Shown here: positions 47,257 through 61,300 of the stretch, in pieces
How positions within the stretch are numbered: position 1 is the first letter of the stretch
Layout of the letters: the number at the start of each line of letters is the position of its first letter
Assembly (NCBI GenBank): GCA_051294375.1
Contig: CM119266.1
Span: 749,554 to 813,553, forward strand
From: Paraspadella gotoi
Lineage: Eukaryota; Animalia; Chaetognatha
Reading direction: 5' to 3'
Length of the DNA stretch: 64,000 nucleotides
Notes under the pieces: generated by a model
Told to the model about the DNA's origin: nothing
The model's input: the letters and a program-made list of their open reading frames with translations, nothing else
The model's database searches: none
Program-made: the position numbers and the translations under genes

Positions 47257-50200
47257 ATGGCGCTGGAGGGAAAATGGGCGATATTTACGAAATTCGTTTT
47301 CGTCTTCTTCAATTTCCTCTTCCTCATCATCGGCCTGGCGGCGTTGGGCTTCGGCGTTTGGGGAAGGTTCGCCGGGACGAGTGTCTTCGAGGAATCCTGG
47401 TTCCCGAAGATCGAGGACGAGGGTAAGTGAGGAAGATCCCAGAGTAAGGTCGAGACCAAATTTAAAAGGTGAGTTTCGATGTGATGTAGAGGTGTGAGTG
47501 TATCGTATAGGCTGACACGGTATGATAACATTTAGCTAAAAAAAATTTTAATTAATCCTGTAGTTTTCAGAAGATCGATCGATTTTAAGGGGCGTTGTTA
47601 CCCTAATTCTATTAAGCTGTCTGGAGCAATTTAAAAAATTGGTAGAAATCACAGGTCACAAACTAAAATTGCTCAATTACTTAATTGCGTAATGACATTC
47701 GCTTTGGCATAACTTTTTAGTGAACAAATTATTTAATCATTTATTTATTAATTTTTTTCTTCATTCATTCATTCATTCTTATGTTAACCCTGTCATGCAT
47801 TGATTCATTGATTCATTCCCTTACATGTTTGTTCACGTATTCATTGATTAATTGATTAATTCATTCATTCATTAAATTCATTCATTGATGTTTTGATTGT
47901 TTGATTCATTATTTCCATTAATCATTTCTCACCTTTAATCCATATTTTTCTTCCATCACCTCTTCACTCCTCAACCTCCCTCTTTTAATCCCCATACCCT
48001 GACCAACCCCACACTCAATTCCCTTCCCCATCCCCTGACCAACCCCACACCCAATCCCCTTCCCCATCCCCTGACCAACCCCACACCCAATCCCCTTTCC
48101 CCATCCCCTGACCGAACCCCACACCCATCCCCTTCCCCATCCCCTGACCCACCCCCTCCCCAAAAACAGAGCTCCGCCGACACATCTCTCTCGGCCTTCA
48201 TCTGGGCTCATCGTTGGTTCCGTCGTAATCATGGCATCCCTTTCTCGGTTTCTGCGGAGGATGGAAAGAGAACCAAATCGCCTCCTCTTTGTCTATCTTC
48301 CTCCTCGTCTTCATCATACCCTCGTCTTTCTCGCCGCCATCGTTCCTCTTCTTCAAGTATCCCGAGACGCTCTCAGACGGGCTCAAAGAGGGTTGTAGGG
48401 CGGCGGGTGAGGGCCGTTGGAAAGAGGTGAGGTTAGCTCTCGATTTCGGCGAAGACCTTGAAAGTAAGGTGAGGGTTTTTTTTTTTAAAGAGGACACGAC
48501 CAAAAAAATTTGGGTTTGAGTAAATTCTCAAAAAGTTGGCGTTGAGTATTGTTATAGTTTTTTTTGCTTTCAAGTGAGTCTTCACAAAAGTCTCTCTCTC
48601 TCTCTCACTCTCTCTGAATTGAACTTTAAAAAAATCCAGGACACTTGAAATCCAAGAATATGACTCCTCTTATTTTAATTTTTCAATAAGACTTTTGTTT
48701 ATTGTAGGCAAATTTTAAATTCGTTCGTTCTGATAAATAGTCAATGAATGAGATTCTTTGTTCGGAATAAGTTGATCATTTCAACCAAAGCGAAGAATTA
48801 AGATTTCAAAACCGGTTTTGCTTTTTCCGCTGAGATTTAGACGAGAGTCGGTTATTCAAATATCCTTTTCATTTTCTCCTTGGGCGAGACCGAGTGGAAT
48901 GTAGGTGTTGACTCTTGAGTTTGTATATTGTAATATATGGTAATACTAATTGTTGCTCATATAAATAATTCTTTAAAAAAAATTTCGTATGAAAAATCGA
49001 ATAAAATACAACAAATTTACCCCAAAAAATTATTAGCTGTACTAGAATGGCATAAAATAAATGCCTTCTTTTAACCTGAAATTTAAAAATTAATAAGTCT
49101 ATTTTGTAAAATATGAAATATAAAATACAAAAAGAATAACTCTACTGTAGAGTAGTTGTGAAAGAATTTTTATGAAATGGAATCGATGTATACTGTATTG
49201 TATAGTGTATTGTATTGTATTGTATTGTTTTGTATTGTTTTGTAATGTATTGTATTGTATTGTATATCTTCAATATATTTTATATATTTCTTTCTTTAAT
49301 AAAAATAGAAAAGTAAAAAAAAAGTGGCTAACGCAGGACATAGTTGGTGGCCCGAATATTCGCGTAAAACTTTTATCCGTATAATTAATAATTATCGACA
49401 AACAAAACTCGTCCTAATCTCGTTTCCACATTTTTTTTTTTTTTTTGCAGTTTTGAAACTCGAAAAGAAAAAATATTTGGAGAAGCGAAAATCAGAACCG
49501 GGAGATAAGGACGTGAAAAACGTGGATCAAATGCAGACGACGCTTCATTGCTGCTTGTGGAACGAGACTGAAGCCAAGGACCTGGATATTAAGTCCTGTT
49601 TCGGTAAGGAGAAAGAAGAGACAGACGGATAGACAAACAGACAGACATAAAAAAATTAACGAAATACGGGCGCTTGACAGTCAAAAAAAGTTATAAACAG
49701 TATTGGCTGAAATGCGAGCCTAACGCAATAACAGACAGATTGACCGAGAAACAAGGAGGCGCGGAATGATACAAAGAACAAATTTAAAAATACTTTACAA
49801 TTCGACAATATTTGCTTTGGCTATTTGTCTGTCCGTCAGACAGAAAGGGGGAACAAGACAAGCAGAAATACAACCGGAAATAGAAGCCCAAGGTGATCGA
49901 CAAATAAACAAATAGTCAAATAGTCTTGAAAGGCGGATAAATAGAGAAAACAAATAGACAATCAATCTCATCTGCAACGCCCCGTCTTCTCCTCCCACCC
50001 CCCGCGGGTGCAGGCAACGGAACCGCCTCCAACTCCACCGCCTCCTCCACCGCCTTCCACTCCGCCAGATGCTCGGACGAACTCCTCGCGCGCATCCGCG
50101 ACGTCATCGACGCCAAGAAGCTCTACTTCGTCCTCATCGTCGTCGTCGCCGTCTTGGTCTGCATCGGCGCCATGGCGTTGTCGCTTTATCTTTGTCGCAA

Positions 50201-50286
50201 GATCAGACAGAAGGATAACTTACGAGGAAATGAAGTCGTGAAGGAGGGGAGGGGGAGGGGAAGAGAAGGAGGGAGGGGGAGGTTGA
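47257..50286 (+). CDS. Tetraspanin; exons 47257-47422, ~48170-48426, 49451-49603, 50014-~50241/50286
   Basis: TM1 KFVFVFFNFLFLIIGLAALGFGVW, TM2-loop LGFCGGWKENQ, EC2 VDQMQTTLHCC...KSCF...RC, TM4 YFVLIVVVAVLVCIGAMALSLYLCRKI. Exon 2 has indel noise and the stop position is uncertain. Confidence 0.85.
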
Positions 50287-50384
50287 TTGATGTGGATAGT
50301 TGAAAGGAGGGGTGGGGTTGAGGAAAGGAAGAGACGTTCGAAAGTGGCGCCGAGAAATTGAATCGACGTCAACGGTAAATTGAC

Positions 50385-50478
<94 letters not shown>

Positions 50479-51659
50479 AACATCGGGCCGAATGTATGAT
50501 GTGATATTTTCAGGCTCACCATCCGTTTGTGAGATGTTAGAACAAAAAAGTTTTTTTTTTTCAAACTATCACATTTATGCTAAATGCAATTTCTTTTATG
50601 AACTATGATTATGATACGATAAGATATGATTTGTAACTGCTTTTCGAAGCAACAATTAAATTTTCTTGCCCCGATGGTGCAAAAAGTTATTATGGTGGTG
50701 TTGGCCATCTTACCAGTTGTTCTTTTATTTTCAAATAAATGTACGTTCTTAATTGGCTTTGTTATTTGAACCTATTACTAATTAATAATAACACGTTGCT
50801 TAGGCTCGGGATTAGGGGAAACGCCCTCCGGCTCTGCAAATACAAAATCCAGATTCGTTCGGCCATAAAGAGAATTTCGCTAAATTTTTCCGGCTCCTTT
50901 CATCCATTGTTTCTCTCATTTGCGCTGCTCTTTTGTTCTATTTTCAATCCGGGCGCCTTTTTTGTTATTTTCTCGTTTCGTCGCTTTTCCGCTTTTCGTA
51001 TCGATGTCGCTGTCGTCGTTGTCCTCCGATGCTCTTTTGTTGTCGTTCAAAGAACCGGAAAGGCGGCCTTTTCTTTTTTCAAGTCGATAGAGAAAAATGT
51101 TGTTCCGAATTTTTTCTTTTAATTTATCTTTTTTTTATCGAGAATATCTGATCCTGGTCGTCACTGGTAAATTGTAAATGCTATTCATCTGTCTAACGTT
51201 TTGTGAATCGTTCACTCTCCACTTAACAGGGTTTTTAATTTTAAAATTTACACCAGAAACTCAGTCTGTTCCATTTGAATTCTTTTTTATTTACATGTAA
51301 ACGGATTAAAATGTAATAATGAATATTTACTTTAATTGCGTTAATTGCTTTATCATTATTGGTTATAAGAAATAATAGCAAAATTCAAAACGAAAACGTT
51401 CTGTTTAGTTTTTTGGTTATTAAATCTAGAGTTCTGCTTTTTTTTTTTAAAGTATAGTTTTCAAAGCCTATAAAAAATTACCCAATTTGTATATAACGAT
51501 ACATCAGTATCTCCGTTTTTCCTCCTTCATCAATCTCCAAATCAATTAGTATTTAATTAAAAAAAATAATGATTAATTAGTAATTAATCCGCGATTCTTC
51601 GATTAAACTCCTCCCAAGAAACCCCAAGCCTTTCTTTTTTTTTTTTGAGGGGGGGGGGT

Positions 51660-54600
51660 TCATCCGTCCTTCCTCCCCAAATATTCGTTGATGGCTTTCC
51701 GCCCGAAATGATGGCCGACGAAGCCGAGTAAGAGAAATCCGCAGACGAAGAAGCAGATGAACGTCGCTCGTCGGGCGACTTGGGCGTCTAACCGGCAATC
51801 GTCGTCGCCGGCCGACGCCGCTTCTCCACCGTTCAGCTCCGGTACGTCGTCGTCGTCGTCCTCGTCGTCGTTGAGCCTCGTCGCCGAGCCGGCCACAACG
51901 ACGGGTCCCTCGCCCGGTGCCGGCGTTGTTCTCCCCGACGCCGCAGCAGGAGCCGCAGCGGAAGCCCCTCTCTTCACCGCTCCGCCGCCGCCGCCGTCGC
52001 CGCCGCCGTCGGGTCCGACCGCCAACCTCTCCCTCGCCAGGCGCTTCTCCTCCTTCCAGTTGATGCAACGAAACTGATAGACGAGCAAAACCGTCGACAT
52101 AAAGTACTGAGCCACGAGCTGACCGATCCAAAAGCCCATGACGCCGAGGTGGCCCACGCGTGGGGAGAGGAGGGTAAGCCCGAGGGGGAGAGAGATGAGG
52201 TAGTATGCTGCGGTGGGTTGGGTCGGGTAGGGTGAAAATTATTTGTTTTTAAGCTGGAGACAGAACGACAGACTGACTGAAGTAGAGAGGAAGATAGAGA
52301 CACACAAACAGACAGACCGACAGACTGACTGAAGTAGAGAGGAAGATAGAGACACACAAACAGTCAGACCGACTAACACACAGTCAAACGCAATGGCAGA
52401 TACACCGAAAAACGTATGAACACGCAGAGAGAAAGACAATTATACAGACAGACTGAGCGACAGAGAGAAAGAAAAAGAAAGAGAGAGAAAAAGTAGGTTA
52501 CTCAGTAAGCAAATAAAAACGTACGGATTATGTACGGAGTATACGGACAATTTGCCTATTTATTCGCACACCCACGAAATTGAGAATGGCGCCGATCTTC
52601 TGTCGCCCGCAACCTCTGATGACGCCGTTGGATACGTTCGTGACGGCGTCCCCCAATTGGAATATGGCGCAAATAGGCATCACTGGGGAGCGAAATGGAG
52701 TCGTATTAGATCTTCTAAGATGTGTTTTCATTTCTAAGAAATGCTTTCTTTTCTAAGAAATTGTTTTATCGAAACCCGTTTGCGTGAGAAGGACGACGTC
52801 GGTCATCGAGGTGAAGAAATATGGAAGGGGATTGTTCAGCGCGAGGAGAAGGAGGCCGAAGAAAGTCCCGATGGCCAAGGAAATCGTGAAGGAAACGTTG
52901 GCCGCAGTTTTGGCCGAGTCGATCTCTCCTCTACCTGACGGAAAAGAGTTGAGAAGTCAGAGGAAATGAGGGGAAATGAAACGAAATAGGGAAAATATTG
53001 AAATGAATAAGTGACAGAAAAAGATACGAATTCTATCTTGAAGTGAGAGAATCTGAAAATGAAACAGTGAGAGAATCTGAAAAGGAAGCAGTGAGAATCT
53101 GAAATGAAACAGTGAGAATCTGAAAAGGAAGCAGTGAGAGAATCTGAAAAGGAAGAAGTGAGAGAATCTGAAAATGAAACAGTGAGAGAATCTGAAAAAG
53201 GAAACAGTGAGGAATCTGAAAGGAAGCAGTGAGAGATCTGAAAAGGAAGCAGTGAGAGAATCTGAAAAGGAAGCAGTGAGAGAATCTGAAAAGGAAGCAG
53301 TGAGAGGAATCTGAAAAAGGAAGCAGTGAGAGAATCTGAAAAAGAAACGTGAGAGAATCTGAAAAGGAGGTGGGTCGATGTAGAAAGGAAACGGTTTGTG
53401 AGGGACAGAAAGAGTTTTGACGGGACAGAAACTGAAACGGGAGAGCTTTTAATACTTTGTTACACTGAGAAGAAATAGTATTNNNNNNNNNNNNNNNNNN
53501 NNNNNNNGGATAATTTTTATATTGGTTGTACCAATTTCATAATTCTGTTAAAGGTGACTACCGAAATTGATCGCGTTATCCAATATCAATTTTAGTGCCA
53601 CACAAGCAAGGAAAAATATAGCATGTATAATTTTTCGGTTAGAATAAGGAAGGCATTTTTCCTTTGCCTTTTCCACCCACGAGATCCCCAATCACCTGCA
53701 AGCAAACCATAATTATCCCCGGAATCGCCAGCCTCAGATATCCGCCCCACGACACGAAGGCTTTGCGGGAGAGTCCGTTCCAANNNNNNNNNNCTGAAAA
53801 GGAAACGGTTGTGAGGGACAGAAAGAGTTTTGACGGGACAGAAACTGAAACGGGAGAGCTTTTAATACTTTGTAACACTGAGAGAAATAGTTTTGAGTGA
53901 CAGGAAGTAAGACAAAGGGAAACAGAGAAAGGGGATCAGAAACGGAACCAGTTTCAAGCTTCGGAAACGAGGAATAATCTCGATTGATTGAAATATAACC
54001 GATTCTGAAGAGACATAAATGGAGTCAAACGCGGCCGTTAAGAACAGAAACAGGGAACGTGAAACAGATGCGCACCCAATTCGTTGCCGATGTAGATGCA
54101 GGTGGCGGTGGCGATGCCGCCAAAGAAAACGAAGCAAAAACCTAAAATTTGGACGATGATGACGTTCGTGGCCAAATTCGTTTCGTCGACGAAGACGCAG
54201 GCGATCATCCCGATTTCGAATGACCAGAACTTGTGGGCGCGTGGGCGCGTGGGCGCGTGGGAAGCAGGGTACAGGTTGTGGTTGTGGGTAAGGAAGAATG
54301 GGACAATTACAATTCGACCATCTGTTTATGAGCTTAAATTTCTTTATAACCGAGCAAATTATATGAAAAAAACTCAAATGACAATGATTCTAAATACCGT
54401 GTAATAAACATATATATATATATATTATATATTTATATATATATATATATATATTAACTATATCATTATCTTGTAAGAGTGATGGAGGCCTTAAACCACC
54501 AAAGCCTGTCCAAAGTCAGGGGCAAGATAGAATGGTGGACTAAAATCCACCAACCGCTCATCACCGGCCATTGGTGCCGGAGGCAAGTCATTCGCCTCCC

Positions 54601-55512
54601 AACCCAAATGTCGGGGGTTCTACCCCGGTGGCCGCCTCGCAGTTAAGAGAGATGGGGCGCTTAACCCGCCTGTAACATGGTGTTACAGCCTGATCCGTAG
54701 CTCAGGGACTGCTTACATTGAACTGTTCTGTCACTACCATACAACAATCATTACTGTCTCTTCAATAGCTTATTTATTAAATGAATGGATAATTTTTATA
54801 TTGGTTGTACCAATTTCATAATTCTGTTAAAGGTGACTACCGAAATTGATCGCGTTATCCAATATCAATTTTAGTGCCACACAAGCAAGGAAAAATATAG
54901 CATGTATAATTTTTCGGTTAGAATAAGGAAGGCATTTTTCCTTTGCCTTTTCCACCCACGAGATCCCCAATCACCTGCAAGCAAACCATAATTATCCCCG
55001 GAATCGCCAGCCTCAGATATCCGCCCCACGACACGAAGGCTTTGCGGGAGAGTCCGTTCCAAATTCCCACGTGGAGGCGTCGACACACGATGTAGATGAA
55101 GAGGAAGACGACGAAGAGAAACGTGGTGGCGGCGACGGATGTGGCGGCGCCGGCCACGCCCATCGAGAGCTGGACTAGGAAAAGGTTTCCGAGGAATAAT
55201 TTCTTTCGAAGGAAGAAAGTAATGAAAATAAAAGTATTTGTTCCACTAGAGACCACAGCTTTTCAGTCGCGCCCTCGTGGGCCATTGAGGGAAGTCATAA
55301 CTCATGCACGTCGAGGTTTCGGGTTTAATCCCGAATTGCGCGGCAGATTTTTAAAAAAAAATTAATGTGTAAACTTTTTGCGTGCACAACATGAAAAGTT
55401 TCTCGTTAAATTTTATACTTTACTGTAAACCAGAAAACTATATTTGTCAATAGAAAGTTTGAAAGATTTGTACCAATTTGTGACAAGTATGTGCTGTCAA
55501 TGNNNNNNNNNN

Positions 55513-55544
<32 letters not shown>

Positions 55545-57186
55545 ATGAGGATGTAGTGCATGAGAACGTTGAAGACGTTGGCGAGAACGCAGAGAACAAC
55601 GACGGGAATGACGACGAGCTGACACTGGAGGAACTTCATTAACATCATGTAGAGGACGTTGAGCGGGAAAACGATCAAGTAGATGTAGATGTAACTAGAA
55701 GCGAGTAAGGAAGTTGGTAAATTAAATAGGTAAGGCCCAGTGTCGAAGCGTATGAAATTGGTGCAACTAATATAAAAATTATCAATTCATTCAAGAAGTG
55801 ACACAGTACAGGTTTGGTTGGGTTAAACGCTCCATCCAACATCACAGGACCCTGTGTGAGAGATTCTCGAATAAAAGCTCACAGGGCCTATGAGCTTCGA
55901 GAATCTCTCACAACCCAGTCTGTTTCCAACCTTCAATTGTAAAAAAAGACTACATTATTCTAAGACGAAATTCTTTTTGAAGCGTCGTAATATGGGCTAA
56001 CCAATCGTCTTTGAACCAGTCGGTCTCGAGTTCTAGCCCCGGTCCTAACTGATTTTTTACTAGAATATGAAGTCTCTGATTACTACAAATTGGTCAGTGG
56101 GCACTTTAGGTCTGAGACCAAGCCACACAAAATTGGTCAGTGGGCACTTTAGGTCTCAGACCAAGCCACACAAAATTGGTCAGTGGGCACTTTAGGTCTG
56201 AGACCAAGCCTCACAAAATTCTGTCAAATCCCCTTTCCACCCTTATTATTTTAAAATGATTAAAAATAATAAGGAAAAAGTAATCTCTCTCTCTCTCTCA
56301 CGTTTCGACGTAACCGGAAACGGGGTCGCTGACTTTGAAGAACCGAAAGAGATTCTCGACGTTGAGAACTACGGCGACAATCGGCGCGCAGGTGACGAAC
56401 CCCACCCATAGTGATTGCTGGCAGATTACGCCGATTCGCTGAAAATAAAAATGAATGAATGAATGAATGAATGAATGAGATTTGCAGCTCAGTTCTCGCT
56501 ATTTACCTTCAGTTCTCCTCTCCCGTTCGCTTGCGAAACTAAGGTTTCACAGGCGGTGAATAAACCGATCAATGTTGCGTTGCCGAAAACTTGAATGATC
56601 GCCGTTGCTATGCCTAATAGACAAAATTTAAAAAAAAAGAACCGAGGCTATGTAACCGAACCGAACTATTTTTTTTAATACAGACCAAAAATAAAAAATA
56701 AAGGCTCTGACCAAACTAAGAGACATAAGTCCTACAATTTATTCTAAGTAAAGCTACTTCTTCAGGGCCTAAGCCCGACAAAATAGAAGAAATAAAAAGG
56801 GTCTTACCGACCTAAGGCCGACAGTTCGTCCTTGCCGAGTCTCCCGAGAAAAGGAATCGAGATGAATGTGAACATCATCATCGAGAGATGAGTCAACGCG
56901 ATCGGCCAAGAGAGGATCGCCATTTGGCGAAGAGTTCGGAGGTAGCCGCTCGGAAGATGCGGCGCCAACAGGACACGCCCACCGACGATCTAAGGACGGA
57001 GAGAGGGAGGGGAGGGAGAGAGGGAGGGGAGGAGAGAGAGAGGAGAGAGGGAGGGAGGGAGAGGGAGGGGAGGAGAGAGGGGGAAGTTTCGTTTCGTTTC
57101 GTTTCGTTTCGTTCAAAGTTAAACAGGTTTTGTTTTTTTTTTCGTCATTACAATGAAACGAACACTTTTACTTACGCTTCCGACAT
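51660..57186 (-). CDS. MATE (SLC47-like) transporter, paralogue A, 10 or more exons
   Basis: WPIALTHLSMMMFTFISIPFLGRLGKDELSALG, GLFTACETLVSQANG, RIGVICQQS, MKFLQCQLVVIP, MGVAGAA, YLRLAIPGIIMVCLQFWSFEI, GVIRGCGRQKIGAILN, LGVMGFWIG, plus an extra C-terminal hydrophobic helix. Start codon tentative; one internal exon not located. Confidence 0.9.
53043..53367. repeat. Intronic minisatellite, ~24-bp unit GTGAGAGAATCTGAAAAGGAAGCA, ~14 copies
   Basis: Direct tandem copies seen in the sequence. Confidence 0.9.
54532..54736. mobile_element. ~205-bp interspersed element, copy 2 (inverted relative to copies 1 and 3)
   Basis: Reverse complement aligns end to end with 27926-28130. Confidence 0.8.
56086..56220. 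repeat. Three tandem ~44-bp units AAATTGGTCAGTGGGCACTTTAGGTCTSAGACCAAGCCACACA
   Basis: Direct tandem copies seen in the sequence. Confidence 0.9.
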
Positions 57187-57539
57187 TTTGACGTTTTGAA
57201 TGATCTCTCGACAATGGCGACGTCATTCGCGACAACAAAGTCAACCCCGAACCCAGAAACAGTTGAAGAGGAGATCATGAAAAATGATCTTTCCGCTCAG
57301 GTGATCGTATTCCGATCCAAAGGAAAATCATTTCCTTAATAGGCTTAAATTTATTATTTTTTCTAACACTAACGCCCGTTTGCTCGCGGTTATTCTAAAC
57401 CGAGTAAATTTAATAGTGTAGCGGTCATAATCATATATTATTGGCGAATAACAATGTAATACAGAGAATAACATGTAGAACATGGAAGATCATCAGACGA
57501 GACTAAAAAGAGAGAGCACGGCACAGATAAAGTAAGAGA

Positions 57540-57576
<37 letters not shown>

Positions 57577-58308
57577 TTACTGGCCTCCTTCGCGATCGCT
57601 AAGGACCACCGAGGGTTGACCCCGTGGCTACGAAACCTTCGTAGCCACAATAGTGTGAGACATGTTCTCCTTAAATAAGTCCTTTGCATTTAGATTATTT
57701 TTACGTTCATGGGATGGTAAGTAAATTTATTTGTAAATATTATGTCTTTCGAAAAGTAAAAACAAAAAATTTTATTAAAACTGACTAGCTTCGAGAATTT
57801 TTACTCTTCCGCATTTCCAGTTATAAAATACTTTTTTTTAAAAATCAACATTTCGCTAAATTGAGCTGAGAAATTGAGAATCGTTCGTTTGTTGCCCAAC
57901 ATAGATAATAATTCCTGAAGTCAACTTCATAGTGCACAAGCACAAAAGAGCACAATCGGAGGCATTCTCAGTATTTATTTATTTTATTTACAAAACCGTG
58001 ACGTGAATAAAAAATGATGAGCAAATTTATAAATAAGAATTGGTTGCTAAGGAAACCGCGAAGATAGAGTGTCAACTTTCGATGACCGCAACGACAACAA
58101 CAACAACAACAACTTCGACAACGATGAAACAACTCAACAAACCCGAGCCTCGACATTCGACATTCTCTACCCGTAATGATAAACAATAAAATACATAATC
58201 TACATCTCAGAATAAAAATCAATCTCTGTTTCTCTCTTCTCTCCCTCTCCCTGTCTCCCTCTCTCTCCCTCTCTCCCTCTCTCCCTCTCTCTCCCTCTCT
58301 CCCTCTCA

Positions 58309-61300
58309 CTATGTTCCCCTCAAATACCTTTCTATCGTCTTCTTCCCATAAACTTTCCCCAAAAACCCGATGGCGCCGCAAATTCCAAAGGTGAGCACCA
58401 TGAACGCCGCGCGCCGGTAGACGTCCGCGCATCGTTTTCCGGCGTCGACGTCGTCTTCTCTCTCGATCCGCTTCGTCCCCGGTTTTACGAAACCGGCGTC
58501 CATCAGCGGCGCCCACTCGGCGTCGACCGACTTGCTGCGGCGTCCCATCGTCGTCGGCGATGGCGGCGTCGAGGGCGTCGACGGCGACGGCGGCGAAGGA
58601 GACGGCGTCGGAAACGCCGCCAGAGGGATTATGTCGGCGACGCCGTAACCCGTCGTCTTCTTTGTCATCTTCTCCGGCGGCGTGGGGGAATCCTTGGAGA
58701 CGGAGTCCCTCGACCTGACCCGATGCAGCGCGTCGCGGGTTTCGACCTCCCAGTCGATGCTGCAGCATTGGTAGCAGAGAAGTGAGGTCGACTGGACAAA
58801 CTGGGCGAAAACCTGTGGGTGGGTGAGGAGGGTAAGGCTAAACATTACATCCCCTTAAGTAAAAAGAATCCACGCGCACCTGTCCGATCCAAAAGCCCAG
58901 GACGCCCATTCCTCCGGCGGCCGGAGAGAGAAGCGAAAGACCGACCGGCAATGCGATCACGTAGTAACCTGAAAAATTGGAATTGAGAAACAGAGAAGAA
59001 GTATGTGGGAAAAAATAATTTAAAAAACTTTTTTGGGTTTTTTTTTAAAAGAACGGTAAAATGCGACATTGACAATGAAACATGATGACGCAATGATGAT
59101 GCAATAACTTAATTATGCAATTATGCAATTAGATAAATTTGAATGACAAGGCTAAAAGTTATGAAAATCTTGAGAGAAAAATTGAAATAAAAGCGAAGAA
59201 AATAGTATCAAGTAAGAGATAACAATTAAAAAATATTTGATATCTTGACTGCGTCAACTAAATAATAATTACCGACAAAGTTGAGAATGGCGCCGACCTT
59301 CTGTCGGCCACAGCCTCTGATGACGCCGTTGGATGTGTTGGCCACGGAGTCGCCCATTTGCAGAATGGCGCAAACAGGCATCACTGAAAGTGTGCGAGTG
59401 AAGCGTGGGTATGACAAGGCGACAACAACAATTAGGAAGACTCACAAGAAAAATAGTTATTGGAAGAACAAAAACCAGAAAATTATTATCATTAAACAAC
59501 AAAAACTGACAACATCAACAAGCAACAGCAACAACAGCAACAACAACAACAACCTTTTCCGGTGAGATTCAAAACGTCAGGGATGTTGGTGAAGAGTTGA
59601 GGAATGAAGGATTCGCCGAGAAGAAGAATTAGGAAGAAGAAGACTCCGACGGGAACCGAAATGAGGAAGGAGACGTTGGCCACTGTTTTGGCTACATCCG
59701 GGCGACCACATCCTGGGAAGAGCATTCGCTACTTTGTTCATTAGCCAATTGGCCAATCAATCAACCAATTCGCAATCAATCGGATTAACTATTCCTTACT
59801 TATGATTTCAATTATCAAACGTCACTTTGCCAATCGATCGATCAGTCGATCAATACCGCTCACCGAGTTCGTTTCCGACGGCGATGGAGGTAGCGATTCC
59901 GAGGCCAAAGTAGAAGGGAAGAGTGAAGGCCATGACTTGAACGAGGATCACGTTGCTGGACAGATTGATTTCGTCCACCAGAGCGCAGGCGATCATTCCG
60001 ATCTCGAACGCCCACCACTGTCAATTTTGTGGACAATGAAGGGACATTTTGGAAGGTGGTCTGGTCAGGAATGGAGCGAGACTTCTTTCATAAAGGACTT
60101 CAGCACGAGAGCTTTAATCGTTTAAGGTCGAGAAAAAAAGAAATCAAGGGTTGGGTTCTCTTAAACAGCATTCCATTTACAAATCAGGTTATAACATTTT
60201 CTCGTTTTATTATTTTAGTAACCATAATTAAGGGAAAATTGAGGTAAAGGTCACTTCGGTCGGAGTAATTTTTAAAAAAAAGTCAATTGCAAAACCGAGT
60301 CGCCAGGCTCCCGAGCAAAAATCTCACTTGCAAACAGATCATGATCATGCCGGGAATGGCCAGCTTCAAGTACTCCGACCAATGAAGGAAGGCCTCCTTG
60401 GAAAAGCCGTTCCACACGCCCACGTGGAGTCGTTGTTGGAGGATGAAGAAGAGGAGGATGGCGCAGAAGAGGAGGGTGGAGAGGACGATGGCGATGGCGG
60501 AACCGGCCACGCCCATTGAGAGATGAACTGACTCGTCGTGAGATGGTTTTATTATTAGAGTGAATATGGAATAAACGATATTGTGAGAGAGTTTTGATTG
60601 AAAGCTTGCAGGGACCTGCTATGTCATTATCTTGTAAGTGTGATTGAGGCCTTAAACTGTGTGTCTGTCCAAAGTTAGGGGCAAGATAGCTTATTTATTA
60701 AATGAATGGATAATTTTTATATTGGTTGTACCAATTTCATAAAAACAATGGTTCACTATAGTTTTTTCACTTTGGTTGTCTTTTTTTAACCATTTGTTTA
60801 TTCGAATTTTATTTTAAACCTGCAAACTCAATTAAGATATATTTTAGTATATATTTATATTTATTAATGTTAAAGAATATTAGACATGCGGACAAACATA
60901 TTCACTAAAACAAAGATCGATAGACAAGACTGACAGTCTTCCAACTCTGCCATTTATTAAACGAGCTGACATGTGGACACATGTGGACAAAGAGACAGAC
61001 ATATAGAGAGCATTCAACGCATCAAATAATGTAAAAGCTCGCCTATAAATATGTAGTGCAGCAGAATGTTGAAGGCGTTGGCGACGATGCAAGCAATGAC
61101 GCAAGGGATGACAACGAGTTGACACTGAAGAAATTTCATCAAGGCCAAATAGATGACGTTGAGTGGGAAGGCAGGAAGGTAGATGAGGATGTAACTGAAG
61201 CAGTAGAAGGGATGTGAGGATGAAATCGAGTTGATTTGGAAAACCTCAAAAGACTCACACTCATCATTGTCTTTGTGGAACCAAACGATTTTTGTCGCAG

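Noticed and set aside
54475-54530. SECIS-like hairpin (GTGA...AAA loop; also at 60626-60689)
   Set aside because: No 3' GA of the quartet; it is intronic, antisense to the host gene and part of a dispersed repeat.
57625-57650. Perfect hairpin GTGGCTACGAA-ACC-TTCGTAGCCAC, possible Helitron 3' end
   Set aside because: Single copy in the window, no canonical CTRR terminus and no definable 5' end.
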